Source of the DNA: Acidimicrobiales bacterium
GTDB lineage: Bacteria; Actinomycetota; Acidimicrobiia; Acidimicrobiales; WLNW01
Direction: 5' to 3'
Length of the DNA stretch: 64,000 nt
Assembly: GCA_039934635.1 (NCBI GenBank)
Contig: JBDTLT010000005.1
Coordinates: 19,846-83,845, forward strand
A program made the position numbers and the translations under genes. Below the pieces are notes generated by a model. It had not been told where the DNA came from and ran no database searches. It worked only from the letters and a program-made list of their open reading frames with translations. Positions within the stretch are counted from its first letter, which is position 1. Each line of letters starts with the position of its first letter. This document shows positions 1 through 9,695 of this stretch, one piece after another.

Positions 1-402
1 CTCGCCCTGCTCGCACGGCAGGGTGGTTCTATCGTGGTCACCGCGTCGATCGCCGGTTTGCGGCCATCGGTGGCCGACCCAATCTACGGCATGACAAAGC
101 ACGGCGTCATCGGGCTCATGCGCAGCCTCGCTCCGCAACTCGCCGATCGGAACATCAGCATCAACGCGGTGTGCCCGACGGTGACCGACACGCCGATGGT
201 GCGATCGAACGCCGCGGTTGTCGAGCAGTTCGAATCACAGGCGTTGCCGATGCTCGAACCCGCGGATGTCGCCCACGCGGTGGTGTCGCTGCTGCTGAGC
301 GGCGGCACCGGGCAAGCGGTCGTGTGCCGCGTGGGCCACGTACCCACGGCATGGACCTTCCCGGCTCCCGACGAGTCGACCACCCCGCCCGTGCCCCGTT
401 GA
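1..402 (+). CDS. short-chain dehydrogenase/reductase (SDR), C-terminal part; 5' end outside window
   Basis: Frame is open from position 1 (same frame as track ORF 34..402). Catalytic YxxxK (YGMTKHGV) followed by PTVTDTPM, typical of classical SDRs. TGA stop at 400-402. Confidence 0.8.
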   Translation, partial: LALLARQGGSIVVTASIAGLRPSVADPIYGMTKHGVIGLMRSLAPQLADRNISINAVCPTVTDTPMVRSNAAVVEQFESQALPMLEPADVAHAVVSLLLSGGTGQAVVCRVGHVPTAWTFPAPDESTTPPVPR

Positions 403-422
403 TCCAGATCAAGAGCTGGCTC

Positions 423-1643
423 CTACGAGTTTCGCGCGCGGGCGATGACCGGCAGCGAGTCGAATCGACGCGCCGCGGCAAACGGCACCCAAGTCGGCTC
501 GGCGACGAGCGGCTCGAGATCGGCGCGGGCCACGAGCACGCGCAACGCCTCTTGGACTTCGGCGCGGGCGACGGCTGCCCCGACACAGTGGTGGATGCCG
601 AAGCCGAACGTCAGATGGCGGTTGTCGGTGCGCGCCACGTCGAACCGGTCGGGGTCGGCGAATCGGCGCGGGTCTCGGTTGGCCGAAGGCACGCTGACGG
701 TGATGTACGAGCCCGCGGGAATGGACACGCCGGCGACGACGATGTCTTCGGAGGGCACCCGCGGAATGCCACTGATCGGTGTTTCGTAGCGCGAGATCTC
801 TTCGACCGCGCTGAGGAGCAACGACTGATCGTCCCGCAGGAGCGCTAGCTGATCGGGATGCGTCATCAACAGCCAGATCGCGATCGACAGCAGGGACTTT
901 GTCGTGTCGTGACCGGCGAACAACAAGTTGATGATCAACGCGCGTAGCTCGTCGTGCGTGAGCCGATCGCCGGATTCTTCCGCGAGCACGAGCGCGCTCA
1001 AGAGGTCGTCGCCCGGTGCGGCGCGGCGGCGTTCGATGAGGCCTTCGGTGTACGAATTGAAGTCGACCACCGCTTGGTCGATGTCGCGCACGGTGCTGGG
1101 CGGGATCACCGCCGAGAATGCCAGCGCGACCGTCGTCGTCCATCGCTCGACGATCTCGTGATCTTCGGGTGGGAGCCCGAGCATTTCACACAACACGACG
1201 AGCGGAAGCCGATGACAGAACGTCGCCTGCACGTCGGCGCGTTCGTGGTCGAGCAACTCGTCGACGAGTTCGTGGGCGATCGCCTGTACCCGCGGGCGCA
1301 CGCGCTCGACTTGCTTGGGCGTGAATGCCCGGCCGACCAGTGAACGAAGGCGCGTGTGGCTGGGAACGTCGTGATTGTTCATGATGAGCTGCCACCACTC
1401 GTAGAGCGGCCCGGCGGTGATGCCTTGGTTGGTGAGCATCCCCTGCAACGCCTGGTGCATCCGCGGGTCTCGCAGCAGCGGTTCGCCGTGCTCGTAGCGC
1501 AAGATCTCGACGACGCCCGCGGTAGAGCGAACGACCGGCCACTGCTCCCGCAACGGATCGAGCGTGCCGTGGATGTCCTGCCAGTACGCGACGCTCGTCG
1601 GATCGACGATGCCTTCCAGTTCAGCTGGCTTGGTCATGCCCAC
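423..1643 (-). CDS. cytochrome P450
   Basis: 406-aa ORF with heme-thiolate loop FGFGIHHCVGAAVA, I-helix LFAGHDTT and ExxR (EISR). Alternative ATG start at 1637 (MTKPAE...). Confidence 0.9.
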   Translation of the reverse strand: MGMTKPAELEGIVDPTSVAYWQDIHGTLDPLREQWPVVRSTAGVVEILRYEHGEPLLRDPRMHQALQGMLTNQGITAGPLYEWWQLIMNNHDVPSHTRLRSLVGRAFTPKQVERVRPRVQAIAHELVDELLDHERADVQATFCHRLPLVVLCEMLGLPPEDHEIVERWTTTVALAFSAVIPPSTVRDIDQAVVDFNSYTEGLIERRRAAPGDDLLSALVLAEESGDRLTHDELRALIINLLFAGHDTTKSLLSIAIWLLMTHPDQLALLRDDQSLLLSAVEEISRYETPISGIPRVPSEDIVVAGVSIPAGSYITVSVPSANRDPRRFADPDRFDVARTDNRHLTFGFGIHHCVGAAVARAEVQEALRVLVARADLEPLVAEPTWVPFAAARRFDSLPVIARARNS

Positions 1644-1753
1644 CGCCCCTCTGCATCACGTCACCGTAGAGGATTCTGTTGCGGCATGATCTGTGGTGAG
1701 GAGCGCCACGCGACGAGACGGCTGAACACGCCCCGTTGCGCGAGACTCGGGGC

Positions 1754-2092
1754 ATGACGAAGAGTGCCGCCGAAGTTGCAGAGGGGTACTTCGCCTGCAT
1801 GCGCAATGGCGATGCAGGCGTGGCGGATCTGTTTCACGAGGACGCGCGGCTCGTCGGTCTCGGCAACGTCGTCAGTGGGCGCTCGGCCATCGCCGAGTTC
1901 TACGCGCAGTCGATACGCAACGCGTCGCCCGCGCCGCGTGCCGCCGCACCGCTGGCGGTCGAGGGCAACCGTGTACTTGCCGAGGTCTTCATCGATCTGG
2001 CGAACGGCATCACGATGCACGTCGTCGACCTGTTCGAGGTCGACGACGAGCTGATCCGCACGCTCACGTACTTCGTCTCTGATCATCCCTGA
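1754..2092 (+). CDS. SnoaL/NTF2-like small protein
   Basis: Track ORF 1736..2092 trimmed to ATG 1754 (MTKSAAEVAEGYF...). About 112 aa, with size and pattern typical of NTF2-like fold proteins. Function is inferred only. Confidence 0.6.
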   Translation: MTKSAAEVAEGYFACMRNGDAGVADLFHEDARLVGLGNVVSGRSAIAEFYAQSIRNASPAPRAAAPLAVEGNRVLAEVFIDLANGITMHVVDLFEVDDELIRTLTYFVSDHP

Positions 2093-3180
2093 CTCTCGCG
2101 ATGGTCGAGCTTTCGCTCGATCAAAGCGGATTGCATCGTGGTGTCGCCCCACGTCGGCAGCACGGTTGCCTGGAGGTTGCCGAGACCGCCGCACACGACG
2201 ATGGCGAATTGGTCTGGTGCGGCATGCATCACAACGCGCCCGTCGGATTCGACGCGTCCCTTGTCGGCAAGCACCACGCGAGCGGTGGCCGGCCACGCTT
2301 CGATGGGCTGCCACGCGTGCAGCAGAAGCTCAGCCTGCAGGTCTTCGACACGGGGAAACACTGCGTGAAAACGTGTCGCCCACATCGGGTTGACCAACAA
2401 CATCGTCTGGCCGCGGCCGGGTGGTCCGTGGAATGCGTTGCCCAGTGGGTACGCGAGGGTCTTGGCGATGAGCGCGACGAGGTCGCGTGTGTCATGGGTG
2501 TTGCCATCCGCAAACATCAACAGGCCCTTGGCCGCGTGCACCGTGACGACTTCGTCGGTAGGGGCGAAGCCGCGCTGCACGGCGAGCGAGGGCCAAGGCG
2601 ACCGTTCTTCCCACTCGGCGAAACACAGACCGGTGATTCGGGCCGGGTTGCCGAAGACGGTCTTCGATGTGGTGCCCGCTACTTGGCCACCGATGTTGCG
2701 CAAGCAGAGTTGCACGGCGCGGCCCACGGTCATCGAACCGCGTCCCGCGCCGCCCCCGAGGCAACCGGCTTCGTGATCGAAGCCGAGTTCGCTCCTGCGG
2801 GGGCCGTTGACCACCAGCGCGGACGTCGCGCTCGATGTCGTCGTGACGAGACCGTAGAGATTGTGGTCGGGCTGCGCGAGCGCGGCGAGCGCGGCGACGA
2901 CGTAGGCGAATGCAGCCGGCTCGACACCCGCCATGGCGGCGTTGATCGCGATCTTTTCGATGGTGGCCGCGCCGCGCCGTGGCGGCAGCAACGCGACGAC
3001 GTGGTCGGGCGCGTGCGGCACGGCCGCGAGAAGCTCGAGCACCCGCGCCTCGGTCGCAGGGAGCAGCGGTAAGCCGTCGCCCCAACCCACTTGCAGCGAA
3101 AGCTCGTAGAACGATGCCGCGTCGTCATCGACTTCGATGCGCTCGCTCTGCAATGCGTCGCGTGGCTCCATGGCACTCAC
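2083..3180 (-). CDS. conserved hypothetical protein (365 aa)
   Basis: Long ORF with coding-like composition. Contains GWGDGLPLLPAT and CLGGGAGRGS segments but no catalytic motif I can name. Alternative ATG start at 3171. Confidence 0.6.
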   Translation of the reverse strand: MSAMEPRDALQSERIEVDDDAASFYELSLQVGWGDGLPLLPATEARVLELLAAVPHAPDHVVALLPPRRGAATIEKIAINAAMAGVEPAAFAYVVAALAALAQPDHNLYGLVTTTSSATSALVVNGPRRSELGFDHEAGCLGGGAGRGSMTVGRAVQLCLRNIGGQVAGTTSKTVFGNPARITGLCFAEWEERSPWPSLAVQRGFAPTDEVVTVHAAKGLLMFADGNTHDTRDLVALIAKTLAYPLGNAFHGPPGRGQTMLLVNPMWATRFHAVFPRVEDLQAELLLHAWQPIEAWPATARVVLADKGRVESDGRVVMHAAPDQFAIVVCGGLGNLQATVLPTWGDTTMQSALIERKLDHRESQG

Positions 3181-3211
3181 CGTAGAGCACGGGACCCGAG
3201 ATCGACGCTAC

Positions 3212-3499
3212 TCACTCACGGTCGAGGTCCATTTCGTCGGGGTCGGGGAAGCAGCCGCACGAGAACAATTGTCCATGACAACGCGGACACTCTTCGAGGT
3301 CGCAGCCGGGATGGTGAGTGCCGCCCGCGAGCACCCCGCAATCGCCGCAACGCCCCCGTTTGGCTGCGTCGCGGCTGTAGCGGGACTTCTCGTTGCCGTA
3401 GGGGACCTGGTCGAAGCGTCCGCCGATCAACTCGAGCGCAGTTGAGCGGCACGACGCGGAGTCGAGCATCTCTGTTTCGCAGACACCGCATACCGCCAT
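3212..3499 (-). CDS. small Cys-rich (putative zinc-binding) protein, 95 aa
   Basis: Track ORF 3212..3613 trimmed to ATG 3499, which has GGAGG (complement of 3508-3512) 8 nt upstream. Ten Cys arranged as CGVC, CGDC, HHPGC, CPRCH and CGC. Confidence 0.6.
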   Translation of the reverse strand: MAVCGVCETEMLDSASCRSTALELIGGRFDQVPYGNEKSRYSRDAAKRGRCGDCGVLAGGTHHPGCDLEECPRCHGQLFSCGCFPDPDEMDLDRE

Positions 3500-3555
3500 G
3501 ATGATGACCTCCGTTGAGCAGAGGTCGACTGTAACCAGGGGTAGTGACAGTGAAC

Positions 3556-4017
3556 TCAGGTGGGGATGACGTAGTCGGCCGGTAGCGATCCGAGCATCAG
3601 GGTCATGCGGCATTCCCTGTCGGCGATGCGCCAGCCGTCATCAGAACGCTCGAGGCGATCGATGTAGAGGCCGCCGTTGGTGATGATCACCTGGCTGCCG
3701 ATCTCGCCGTGGGCCATGGGGCCAAGGAAGTAGCAGCTGCTGCGGGCCGCGTCGCGACCGTCTTCGAATTCGACCGAGACGTTGGTGACGAGATGCAGGT
3801 TGGTGGGCCACGCCGCGAGCGCCTCGTCGAGCCAGGTCATGACATCGCGGGCCGCGCCTTTGACGCCGCCCGTGGACGTGTAGTCGCACGACGCGTCGGG
3901 CGTGAACACTTCGTCGTGAAGGTGCCACTGGCGAAAGTCGACCATGCGCGCATATCGGTACATGAGTTCGTTGATCGCGAGGCGATCGGCAACCGTTGCG
4001 ATGTCGGTTTCAAGCAT
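3556..4017 (-). CDS. SnoaL-like (NTF2 fold) domain protein
   Basis: 153-aa ORF. N-terminal [17 protein letters not shown] and later [17 protein letters not shown] pattern is typical of SnoaL_4-type proteins. Confidence 0.7.
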   Translation of the reverse strand: MLETDIATVADRLAINELMYRYARMVDFRQWHLHDEVFTPDASCDYTSTGGVKGAARDVMTWLDEALAAWPTNLHLVTNVSVEFEDGRDAARSSCYFLGPMAHGEIGSQVIITNGGLYIDRLERSDDGWRIADRECRMTLMLGSLPADYVIPT

Positions 4018-4049
4018 GACTTGTTCCTCTCGGGCGAATTGATCGCGCG

Positions 4050-4634
4050 CTAGTCGAGGCGTACTTGTAGCTCGATCTGTTGGCCCGCGGTGAGAAGGCT
4101 GGTGGACACGATGTCGGTCCTGAGAAAGGCCTGGATCACGCGAGGGTCGACCGAGCCCGGATCGCCGGGGCGGTAGACGCCCGTGACCTTGAGGCGCCCA
4201 TCGAATGCGGGAGTCGCGGCAATTCGATCGAGCGCGGCGTCGAGTTGTCGTTCGTTCATCGCGACGCCGAAGTGCGTCATACCTTGCGGATAGCTTTCGA
4301 AGCTCGCATTGAACGCGTCGTAGGTCGAGCGCAACGATTCGTCGCTATCGAGGCGGGCGCGCAACTGGGTTTCGAGCGCCCATTGCGTCGGCGGAACCTC
4401 GGACGCGTACAGCACGTTGTCGATCAGATCGGTGCTCTCCGGCTCGACGAAGACGATGAGGTACGGCCCCGCAGCGGCGCCCAGGTCGTCAGGCCCGGTC
4501 TCTTCCTGTGGGTCGAGCACGCGGCATCCGATCGCGCGAAAGAGCTCGCGGGCAAGTGCCCGATCGCCGGGTGCGTACACCATCTCGGTGTGGTTGAGAA
4601 TGCGAGCAGACGGTTGCAGCACCGAACGTCCCAT
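4050..4634 (-). CDS. hypothetical protein (weak VOC/glyoxalase-like N-terminus)
   Basis: 194-aa ORF, co-directional and closely spaced with neighbours. HTEMVYAPGDRALARELFRAIGCRV resembles the first beta-alpha-beta unit of VOC proteins. The functional call is weak. Confidence 0.5.
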   Translation of the reverse strand: MGRSVLQPSARILNHTEMVYAPGDRALARELFRAIGCRVLDPQEETGPDDLGAAAGPYLIVFVEPESTDLIDNVLYASEVPPTQWALETQLRARLDSDESLRSTYDAFNASFESYPQGMTHFGVAMNERQLDAALDRIAATPAFDGRLKVTGVYRPGDPGSVDPRVIQAFLRTDIVSTSLLTAGQQIELQVRLD

Positions 4635-4649
4635 GGGTTGCCTTTCGTT

Positions 4650-5531
4650 TCAGTCGAGCGCGTTCAACGGATAGTGACTGACGGGGTCGGGCGCGCCGTT
4701 CGGTAGGTTGCCGTCGACGTCGGTGAACCCGTACGAATCGGCCATTTGCCGCGTGGTGTAGATGCGACCGGCTCGCGCGAGTACTTGTGGGTCGGTGGCG
4801 AGAGCCACGACCCCGCGACCAGGAAACCTCGGCGTCTCGGCGTTGCCGAGATCGAGTCCCCATTCATCCGCGTCGAACGCCAAGATCCGCTCGGTGAGGA
4901 CGAACGACGGCCACAGCGTCACGACCGCGATGCCATGCTTCTTCAACTCGCGGCCCGTGTCCTGACCGATGCGATCCAAGGCGGCCTTGCTGATGCCGTA
5001 GGTCGCATGGACGAAGTACTCACGCGAACCCTGCGAACTGATGTTGACGATCAAGCCACTGTTCTTCGCCAGCATCAGCGGCGCGGCATGCCATGTCGTC
5101 ACGTACACCGAACGGGCGCTGATCGCCATCATGTCGTCCCAATACGAAATCGGTGTTTCGTAGAAGGGATCCTCGTTGCCGCATCCGTCGGGCAGGTCGA
5201 ACGCGCTGTTGACGAGGATGTCGAGACGGCCATCGTCGGACCGAACTCGCTCGAACACTGCGGCGACCTGCTCATCGGATCGCAAGTCGCAGACGATGGG
5301 CACCGCGGTGCCGCCGAGCTCAGCCGCTTCTTGCACCGTCTTGTCGAGACTGCCGGGCAGCGCGCCCGCTCCCTCGGTGAGGGTGCGGCCGAGCACGTAG
5401 ACCTTTGCCCCTGCGGCTGCGAGTTCGATCACACAGCCGCGGCCGACTCCGCGCGATCCACCGGCGACGATCGCGACTCTTCCATCGAGAACCCCCACGG
5501 CCACCCCCCGGTGTCCAGGGGACGGTAACAC
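4650..5531 (-). CDS. SDR family oxidoreductase
   Basis: Gly-rich NAD(P) motif VAGGSRGVGRG and catalytic YGISKAAL (YxxxK). The exact start within the first ~15 codons is uncertain. Confidence 0.85.
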   Translation of the reverse strand: MLPSPGHRGVAVGVLDGRVAIVAGGSRGVGRGCVIELAAAGAKVYVLGRTLTEGAGALPGSLDKTVQEAAELGGTAVPIVCDLRSDEQVAAVFERVRSDDGRLDILVNSAFDLPDGCGNEDPFYETPISYWDDMMAISARSVYVTTWHAAPLMLAKNSGLIVNISSQGSREYFVHATYGISKAALDRIGQDTGRELKKHGIAVVTLWPSFVLTERILAFDADEWGLDLGNAETPRFPGRGVVALATDPQVLARAGRIYTTRQMADSYGFTDVDGNLPNGAPDPVSHYPLNALD

Positions 5532-5544
5532 AGCGTCACGTCGG

Positions 5545-6771
5545 TCAGCCGATGGCGCCCGTCTCGCGCAGCGCGGCGATGTCGTCCCACGTGTGGCCGA
5601 GCTCGAGCAACAGTTCTTCGGTGTGCGCGCCGTGTTCGGGGGCAGGGCGCAGGGTCGGTGGCCGGTCGTCGAATTGCACTGGTGACGTCACGAGATCGAG
5701 CGGTGTGCGACCCTGCGCGAGCACGGTCGCGAGGTAACCGTTGGCGATGACCTGTTGGTCGTCGTGCACCTCGCGCGCCGTCTGCGCGATGGACCAAGGT
5801 GTTTGCAGGCGCTGGAACTGTTCGACCCAATGCGCGAGGGGGTGTGCGCCGAAGATCGCGTCGAGCGCCGCTATGAGCGCGACGTTGTTGGAGCTACGAA
5901 GGACGACGGTGGAGAATCGTTCGTCGTCGGCGAGTTGCGCATGACCGAGGCACTCGCAGAGATTGCGAAAGTCGGAGTCGGTGCGCACGGCCGCGATGTA
6001 GACCTCGCGCTGGTCGGAGGTGCGGTAGGCCGCGATGAGCGGCATGCCTGCTTCGCGGTGGCGTTGCCGCGGCAGCGAGTCGATGTCGTAGAGCTTGGAT
6101 GCCACGATGGCCGGCGCGAGCATCCACATGCCGGTGCCGAGCAGTGAGGCGTCGACCACGCCGCCGATGCCGGTTCGCTCGCGCCGGAACAACGCGCCGG
6201 CAACGCCCGCGGCGAGCGCGAGGCTGCTGGTGAGATCGCCGAGCGCCGGGGCGATCAACACTTGGAACTCGTCGGCCGTCAGCGACGCGGCATGCCCGAT
6301 GCCCGATCGGCACCAGAACGCGGTGTGGTCGAACGCACCGCGTTCTCGCTCGGGCCCGCGATCGCCTTGACCGGTCGCCCGCGCGTAGATCAATCGCGGG
6401 TTCACGGCGCACACATCGTCGGCGTTCAGGCGCAGCCGGTCGCGACTATCCGGTAGGAGGTTCGTGACGAAGACGTCGGTGGTCGCGAACAACTCGTCGA
6501 GCACTGCTCGGCCCGCGTCGGTCGCGACGTCGAGGGTCATGGACCGTTTGTTGCGGTTGAGCTGTTCCCACATGAAGGCCAGGTCGTCGTCGCGGGGCGG
6601 CAGGCCGGCAACCGGGTTGCCCCGCATCGGGTCGGCGAAGCTCGGGTGCACGACCTTGATGACGTCCGCGCCCCAGTCGCCGAGCACGGCGGCACACGCC
6701 GGGCCGAACGCGAACATGGCGAGCTCTACGACTCGGATGCCTTCGAGAACAGGTGGCGGATTGTCGATCAC
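5545..6771 (-). CDS. family III CoA-transferase (CaiB/BaiF-like)
   Basis: N-terminal GIRVVELAMFAFGPACAAVLGDWGADVIKV is the hallmark start of family III CoA-transferases. Start moved from GTG 6828 to GTG 6771 to avoid overlap with the divergent gene; either is possible. Confidence 0.8.
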   Translation of the reverse strand: MIDNPPPVLEGIRVVELAMFAFGPACAAVLGDWGADVIKVVHPSFADPMRGNPVAGLPPRDDDLAFMWEQLNRNKRSMTLDVATDAGRAVLDELFATTDVFVTNLLPDSRDRLRLNADDVCAVNPRLIYARATGQGDRGPERERGAFDHTAFWCRSGIGHAASLTADEFQVLIAPALGDLTSSLALAAGVAGALFRRERTGIGGVVDASLLGTGMWMLAPAIVASKLYDIDSLPRQRHREAGMPLIAAYRTSDQREVYIAAVRTDSDFRNLCECLGHAQLADDERFSTVVLRSSNNVALIAALDAIFGAHPLAHWVEQFQRLQTPWSIAQTAREVHDDQQVIANGYLATVLAQGRTPLDLVTSPVQFDDRPPTLRPAPEHGAHTEELLLELGHTWDDIAALRETGAIG

Positions 6772-6811
6772 GCGGGGAATGTACCGTTGCCGGCGCGTAG
6801 CGTCGTGGTCG

Positions 6812-7432
6812 ATGGAGATCGCAAGCACGCCGGCCGATCCGTTCGGCCTCCTCGATTGGCGGCGCCGCGTTGCCTCGCTCTACCAGCGGGTGCGGGCCGA
6901 TCGAGACCCCGCGGGGGCACACGAGCAGTGGCGCATCGGGCGCGACGACTTGTTGCGTAGCCACTCGCAATCGCCCATCCCGGTGTCTGAACGCTCGTCT
7001 TTCACTGGCGCGCCCGTCGCCGCCTACGATCCTTCGCTGCGATTCGACGCGCCGATCGAGCACGACGTCGAGCCCCGCTCGTTCGAAGTGGTCACCGGTA
7101 CCGACGGCACGGTGCGTTTCAGCCGCGTCGGTGTTGCCCGCCTCGGAGATCTCGGGTCGCTCGACGTGTGGTGGCTCAATCAATACGGCGGGGGGTTGTT
7201 CGTCCCGATCAAGGACGCGCTCGCGGGCACCCGCACCTACGGCGGTGGCCGCTATGTGATCGACACCGTCAAGGGCGCCGACCTCGGGTCGAGTACTGAC
7301 TGCCTGATCATCGACCTCAACTTCGCCTACAACCCGTCGTGCGCATACGACCCTGCGTGGGCGTGTCCTCTCGCACCGCCGGGCAACGTGATTTCAGCGC
7401 CCGTGCTGGCGGGCGAACTCTCGCCTCGATGA
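6812..7432 (+). CDS. DUF1684 domain protein
   Basis: Track ORF 6464..7432 trimmed to ATG 6812. The upstream part is antisense to the CoA-transferase. C-terminal NFAYNPSCAYDPAWACPLAPPGN is the characteristic DUF1684 signature. Confidence 0.75.
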   Translation: MEIASTPADPFGLLDWRRRVASLYQRVRADRDPAGAHEQWRIGRDDLLRSHSQSPIPVSERSSFTGAPVAAYDPSLRFDAPIEHDVEPRSFEVVTGTDGTVRFSRVGVARLGDLGSLDVWWLNQYGGGLFVPIKDALAGTRTYGGGRYVIDTVKGADLGSSTDCLIIDLNFAYNPSCAYDPAWACPLAPPGNVISAPVLAGELSPR

Positions 7433-7480
7433 CCGCGCTCGGGCGACCGGCGGTACGCTGCACGGGCGGGCGGTCCGAGG

Positions 7481-8689
7481 ATGTTCATGCGCGCACTGGT
7501 CCGGCTGTTGACGATGGTCGTCGTCATCGGCGCCCTCCAAGTCCCTGCGAGTGCCGGCTACACCGTTCGTACGGGCGAAACGCTGGGTCGCATTGCCGCG
7601 GAGTTGGGTGTGTCGACGGCGGAGCTGGCCAAGGCCAACGGGATCGCCGACCCTGATCTCATCCTCGCCGGTCAGGTGCTCGATGTGCCGGGCCCAGCGC
7701 CGGCACCGGAGATCTCGTCGTACACCGTGCAACCGGGCGACACGCTCGGTCGCATCGCCGGCGAGTTGGGAGTGTCGCTCGCGGAGTTGGCCAAGACCAA
7801 CGCGATCGTCGATCCGAACCGCATCCAAGCCGGACAGGTGCTCGACATACCGGGTCGGGCGCCGGCGCGCGACATCTCTGCGTATCGTCAACTCGGCACG
7901 TGGGTCGACGTGTACGACTACGACCCGGCGTTCGCCGGCGGGTCCGACGTCGCGCAACTTTCGCCCTCGTCGGTCGACGCCATGGCGGCCGCGGGCATTC
8001 GCACACTGTACCTACAGGCGTCGATCGATTCGCCCCGAGCAACGGGCACCCTCGAGGCACCCAGCCTTCTCGGCGCGTTCTTGAACCGAGCCCACAGTCG
8101 CGGCATGAAGGTCGTGGCGTGGTACCTGCCGACCTTCACCGACATCAATGCCGATCTCCAACGGCTGCGGGCTATGCGTGACTTCCGGTCGGCAGGACAG
8201 GGATTCGACGGGCTCGCGGTCGACATCGAATGGACGAATGGCGTGACCGACACGGCGCGCCGCAACGCCGCGCTCATCGAAATGTCGCGGCGTCTACGAG
8301 CGGAGACCGGGACAGCGATCGCCGCGATCGTGTTGCCACCGGTGTTGCTCGAAGTCGTCAACCCTCAGTATTGGCCGCAGTTTCCGTGGCGACAGCTGGC
8401 GTCGTACTACGACGTGTGGTTGCCCATGGCGTATTGGACCGACCGCACCGTGGCGTCGGGCTATCGCGATCCTCAGCGCTACACCTCCGAGAACATCGCG
8501 CGCATCCGCGCCAACCTCGACCAACCGAAAGCCGCGGTGCACGTGATCGGCGGCATCGGCGGTTCATCGACTGCCGAGCAGTATCGCCGCTTTGTCACCG
8601 CTGCCCGCCAAGGCGGCGCCGTCGGGATATCGCTGTACGACTATCGCATCACCGAGCCATCGGTGTGGCCGATCCTCGCGGCGAAGTAG
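7481..8689 (+). CDS. secreted LysM-LysM protein with C-terminal TIM-barrel glycosidase-like domain
   Basis: N-terminal hydrophobic signal (LLTMVVVIGALQVPASA). Two LysM repeats (YTVRTGETLGRIAAELGV...GQVLDVP and YTVQPGDTLGRIAGELGV...GQVLDIP). C-terminal domain carries FDGLAVDIEW. Alternative ATG at 7487. Confidence 0.8.
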   Translation: MFMRALVRLLTMVVVIGALQVPASAGYTVRTGETLGRIAAELGVSTAELAKANGIADPDLILAGQVLDVPGPAPAPEISSYTVQPGDTLGRIAGELGVSLAELAKTNAIVDPNRIQAGQVLDIPGRAPARDISAYRQLGTWVDVYDYDPAFAGGSDVAQLSPSSVDAMAAAGIRTLYLQASIDSPRATGTLEAPSLLGAFLNRAHSRGMKVVAWYLPTFTDINADLQRLRAMRDFRSAGQGFDGLAVDIEWTNGVTDTARRNAALIEMSRRLRAETGTAIAAIVLPPVLLEVVNPQYWPQFPWRQLASYYDVWLPMAYWTDRTVASGYRDPQRYTSENIARIRANLDQPKAAVHVIGGIGGSSTAEQYRRFVTAARQGGAVGISLYDYRITEPSVWPILAAK

Positions 8690-8888
8690 CGCGCGTCGCT
8701 GCCGAACGTTCGCTCGTAGCCGAGCCTGAATGTTCAGTTGATCCACTCTGGCCCGGCCTCCGGCACGCCCCGTCCACGAACGGGTTGGCACCGACGCGAG
8801 CAGTGATCGGTCGAGGAAGGTTCGGGGAAGGTCGCCTCGGAAATATGCGGCGAGGGGGTGCATCACCTCCCGCTACCAAGGGGCAACC

Positions 8889-9695
8889 ATGAATCCGAAC
8901 AAGGCACTCTGGGAGAAGGGTGATTTCACCCGCATCGCCGCGAGCATGCGCGACAGTGGCGAGGCGCTCGTCAAGGAGTTCGGCATCACCAACGGTCTCG
9001 AGGTCCTCGACCTCGGCTGCGGCGACGGGACCACCGCACTGCCGGCGGCAATGCTCGGGGCGCAGGTGCTGGGTGTCGACATCGCGGCCAATCTGGTGGC
9101 CGCGGGCAACGAGCGTGCCCAACGCGCCGGTCTCACGAATTGCCGGTTCCAAGAGGGCGACGCGTGCGATCTGCACGAGCTCGACGACGACCGTTTCGAT
9201 CTCGTCGTCAGCATCTTCGGAGCGATGTTCGCCCCGCGCCCGTTCGATGTCGCCCGCGAAGTCGTGCGCGTCACTCGACCTGGCGGGCGCGTCATCACGG
9301 GGAACTGGATCCCCAACGACCCGACGTTGGTTGCGCAAATCTTGAAGGTCAGCTCGGCCTACTCGCCGCCATCGCCAGAAGGTTTCGTCAGCCCCATGAC
9401 ATGGGGTACCGAAGCAAACGTCATCGAGCGATTCGCGGCCGCCGGCGTCCCCGCCGCGAACATCTCGTTCGAGAGGTGCACCTACACGTTCGATTATCCG
9501 GGAAGTCCCTCGGAGTTTCTCGCTGATTTCAGGAGCTATTACGGCCCGACGATGAACGCATACGAAGCGGCTTCCGCCAGCGGCCGCGAAGCGGAGTTGC
9601 ACGCAGAGCTGACTGCACTCTTCACCGCGCACAACACGAGCAACGATGCGACGTCTATCCCGGCAACTTTCCTGCGAGTGACGGTTGTGGTCTGA
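8889..9695 (+). CDS. class I SAM-dependent methyltransferase
   Basis: ATG preceded by AAGGGG. Motif I is VLDLGCGDGTTAL. Size and layout are typical of Methyltransf_11/25-type enzymes. Confidence 0.85.
   Translation: MNPNKALWEKGDFTRIAASMRDSGEALVKEFGITNGLEVLDLGCGDGTTALPAAMLGAQVLGVDIAANLVAAGNERAQRAGLTNCRFQEGDACDLHELDDDRFDLVVSIFGAMFAPRPFDVAREVVRVTRPGGRVITGNWIPNDPTLVAQILKVSSAYSPPSPEGFVSPMTWGTEANVIERFAAAGVPAANISFERCTYTFDYPGSPSEFLADFRSYYGPTMNAYEAASASGREAELHAELTALFTAHNTSNDATSIPATFLRVTVVV

Noticed and set aside
8690-8888. Possible SAM-type riboswitch in the 200-nt leader of the methyltransferase gene. Several small hairpins are present, for example GGGGGTG-CAT-CACCTCC.
   Set aside because: I recognised no match to any riboswitch consensus. 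The hairpins are short and do not sequester the AAGGGG RBS. A covariance-model scan would be needed to revive this idea.
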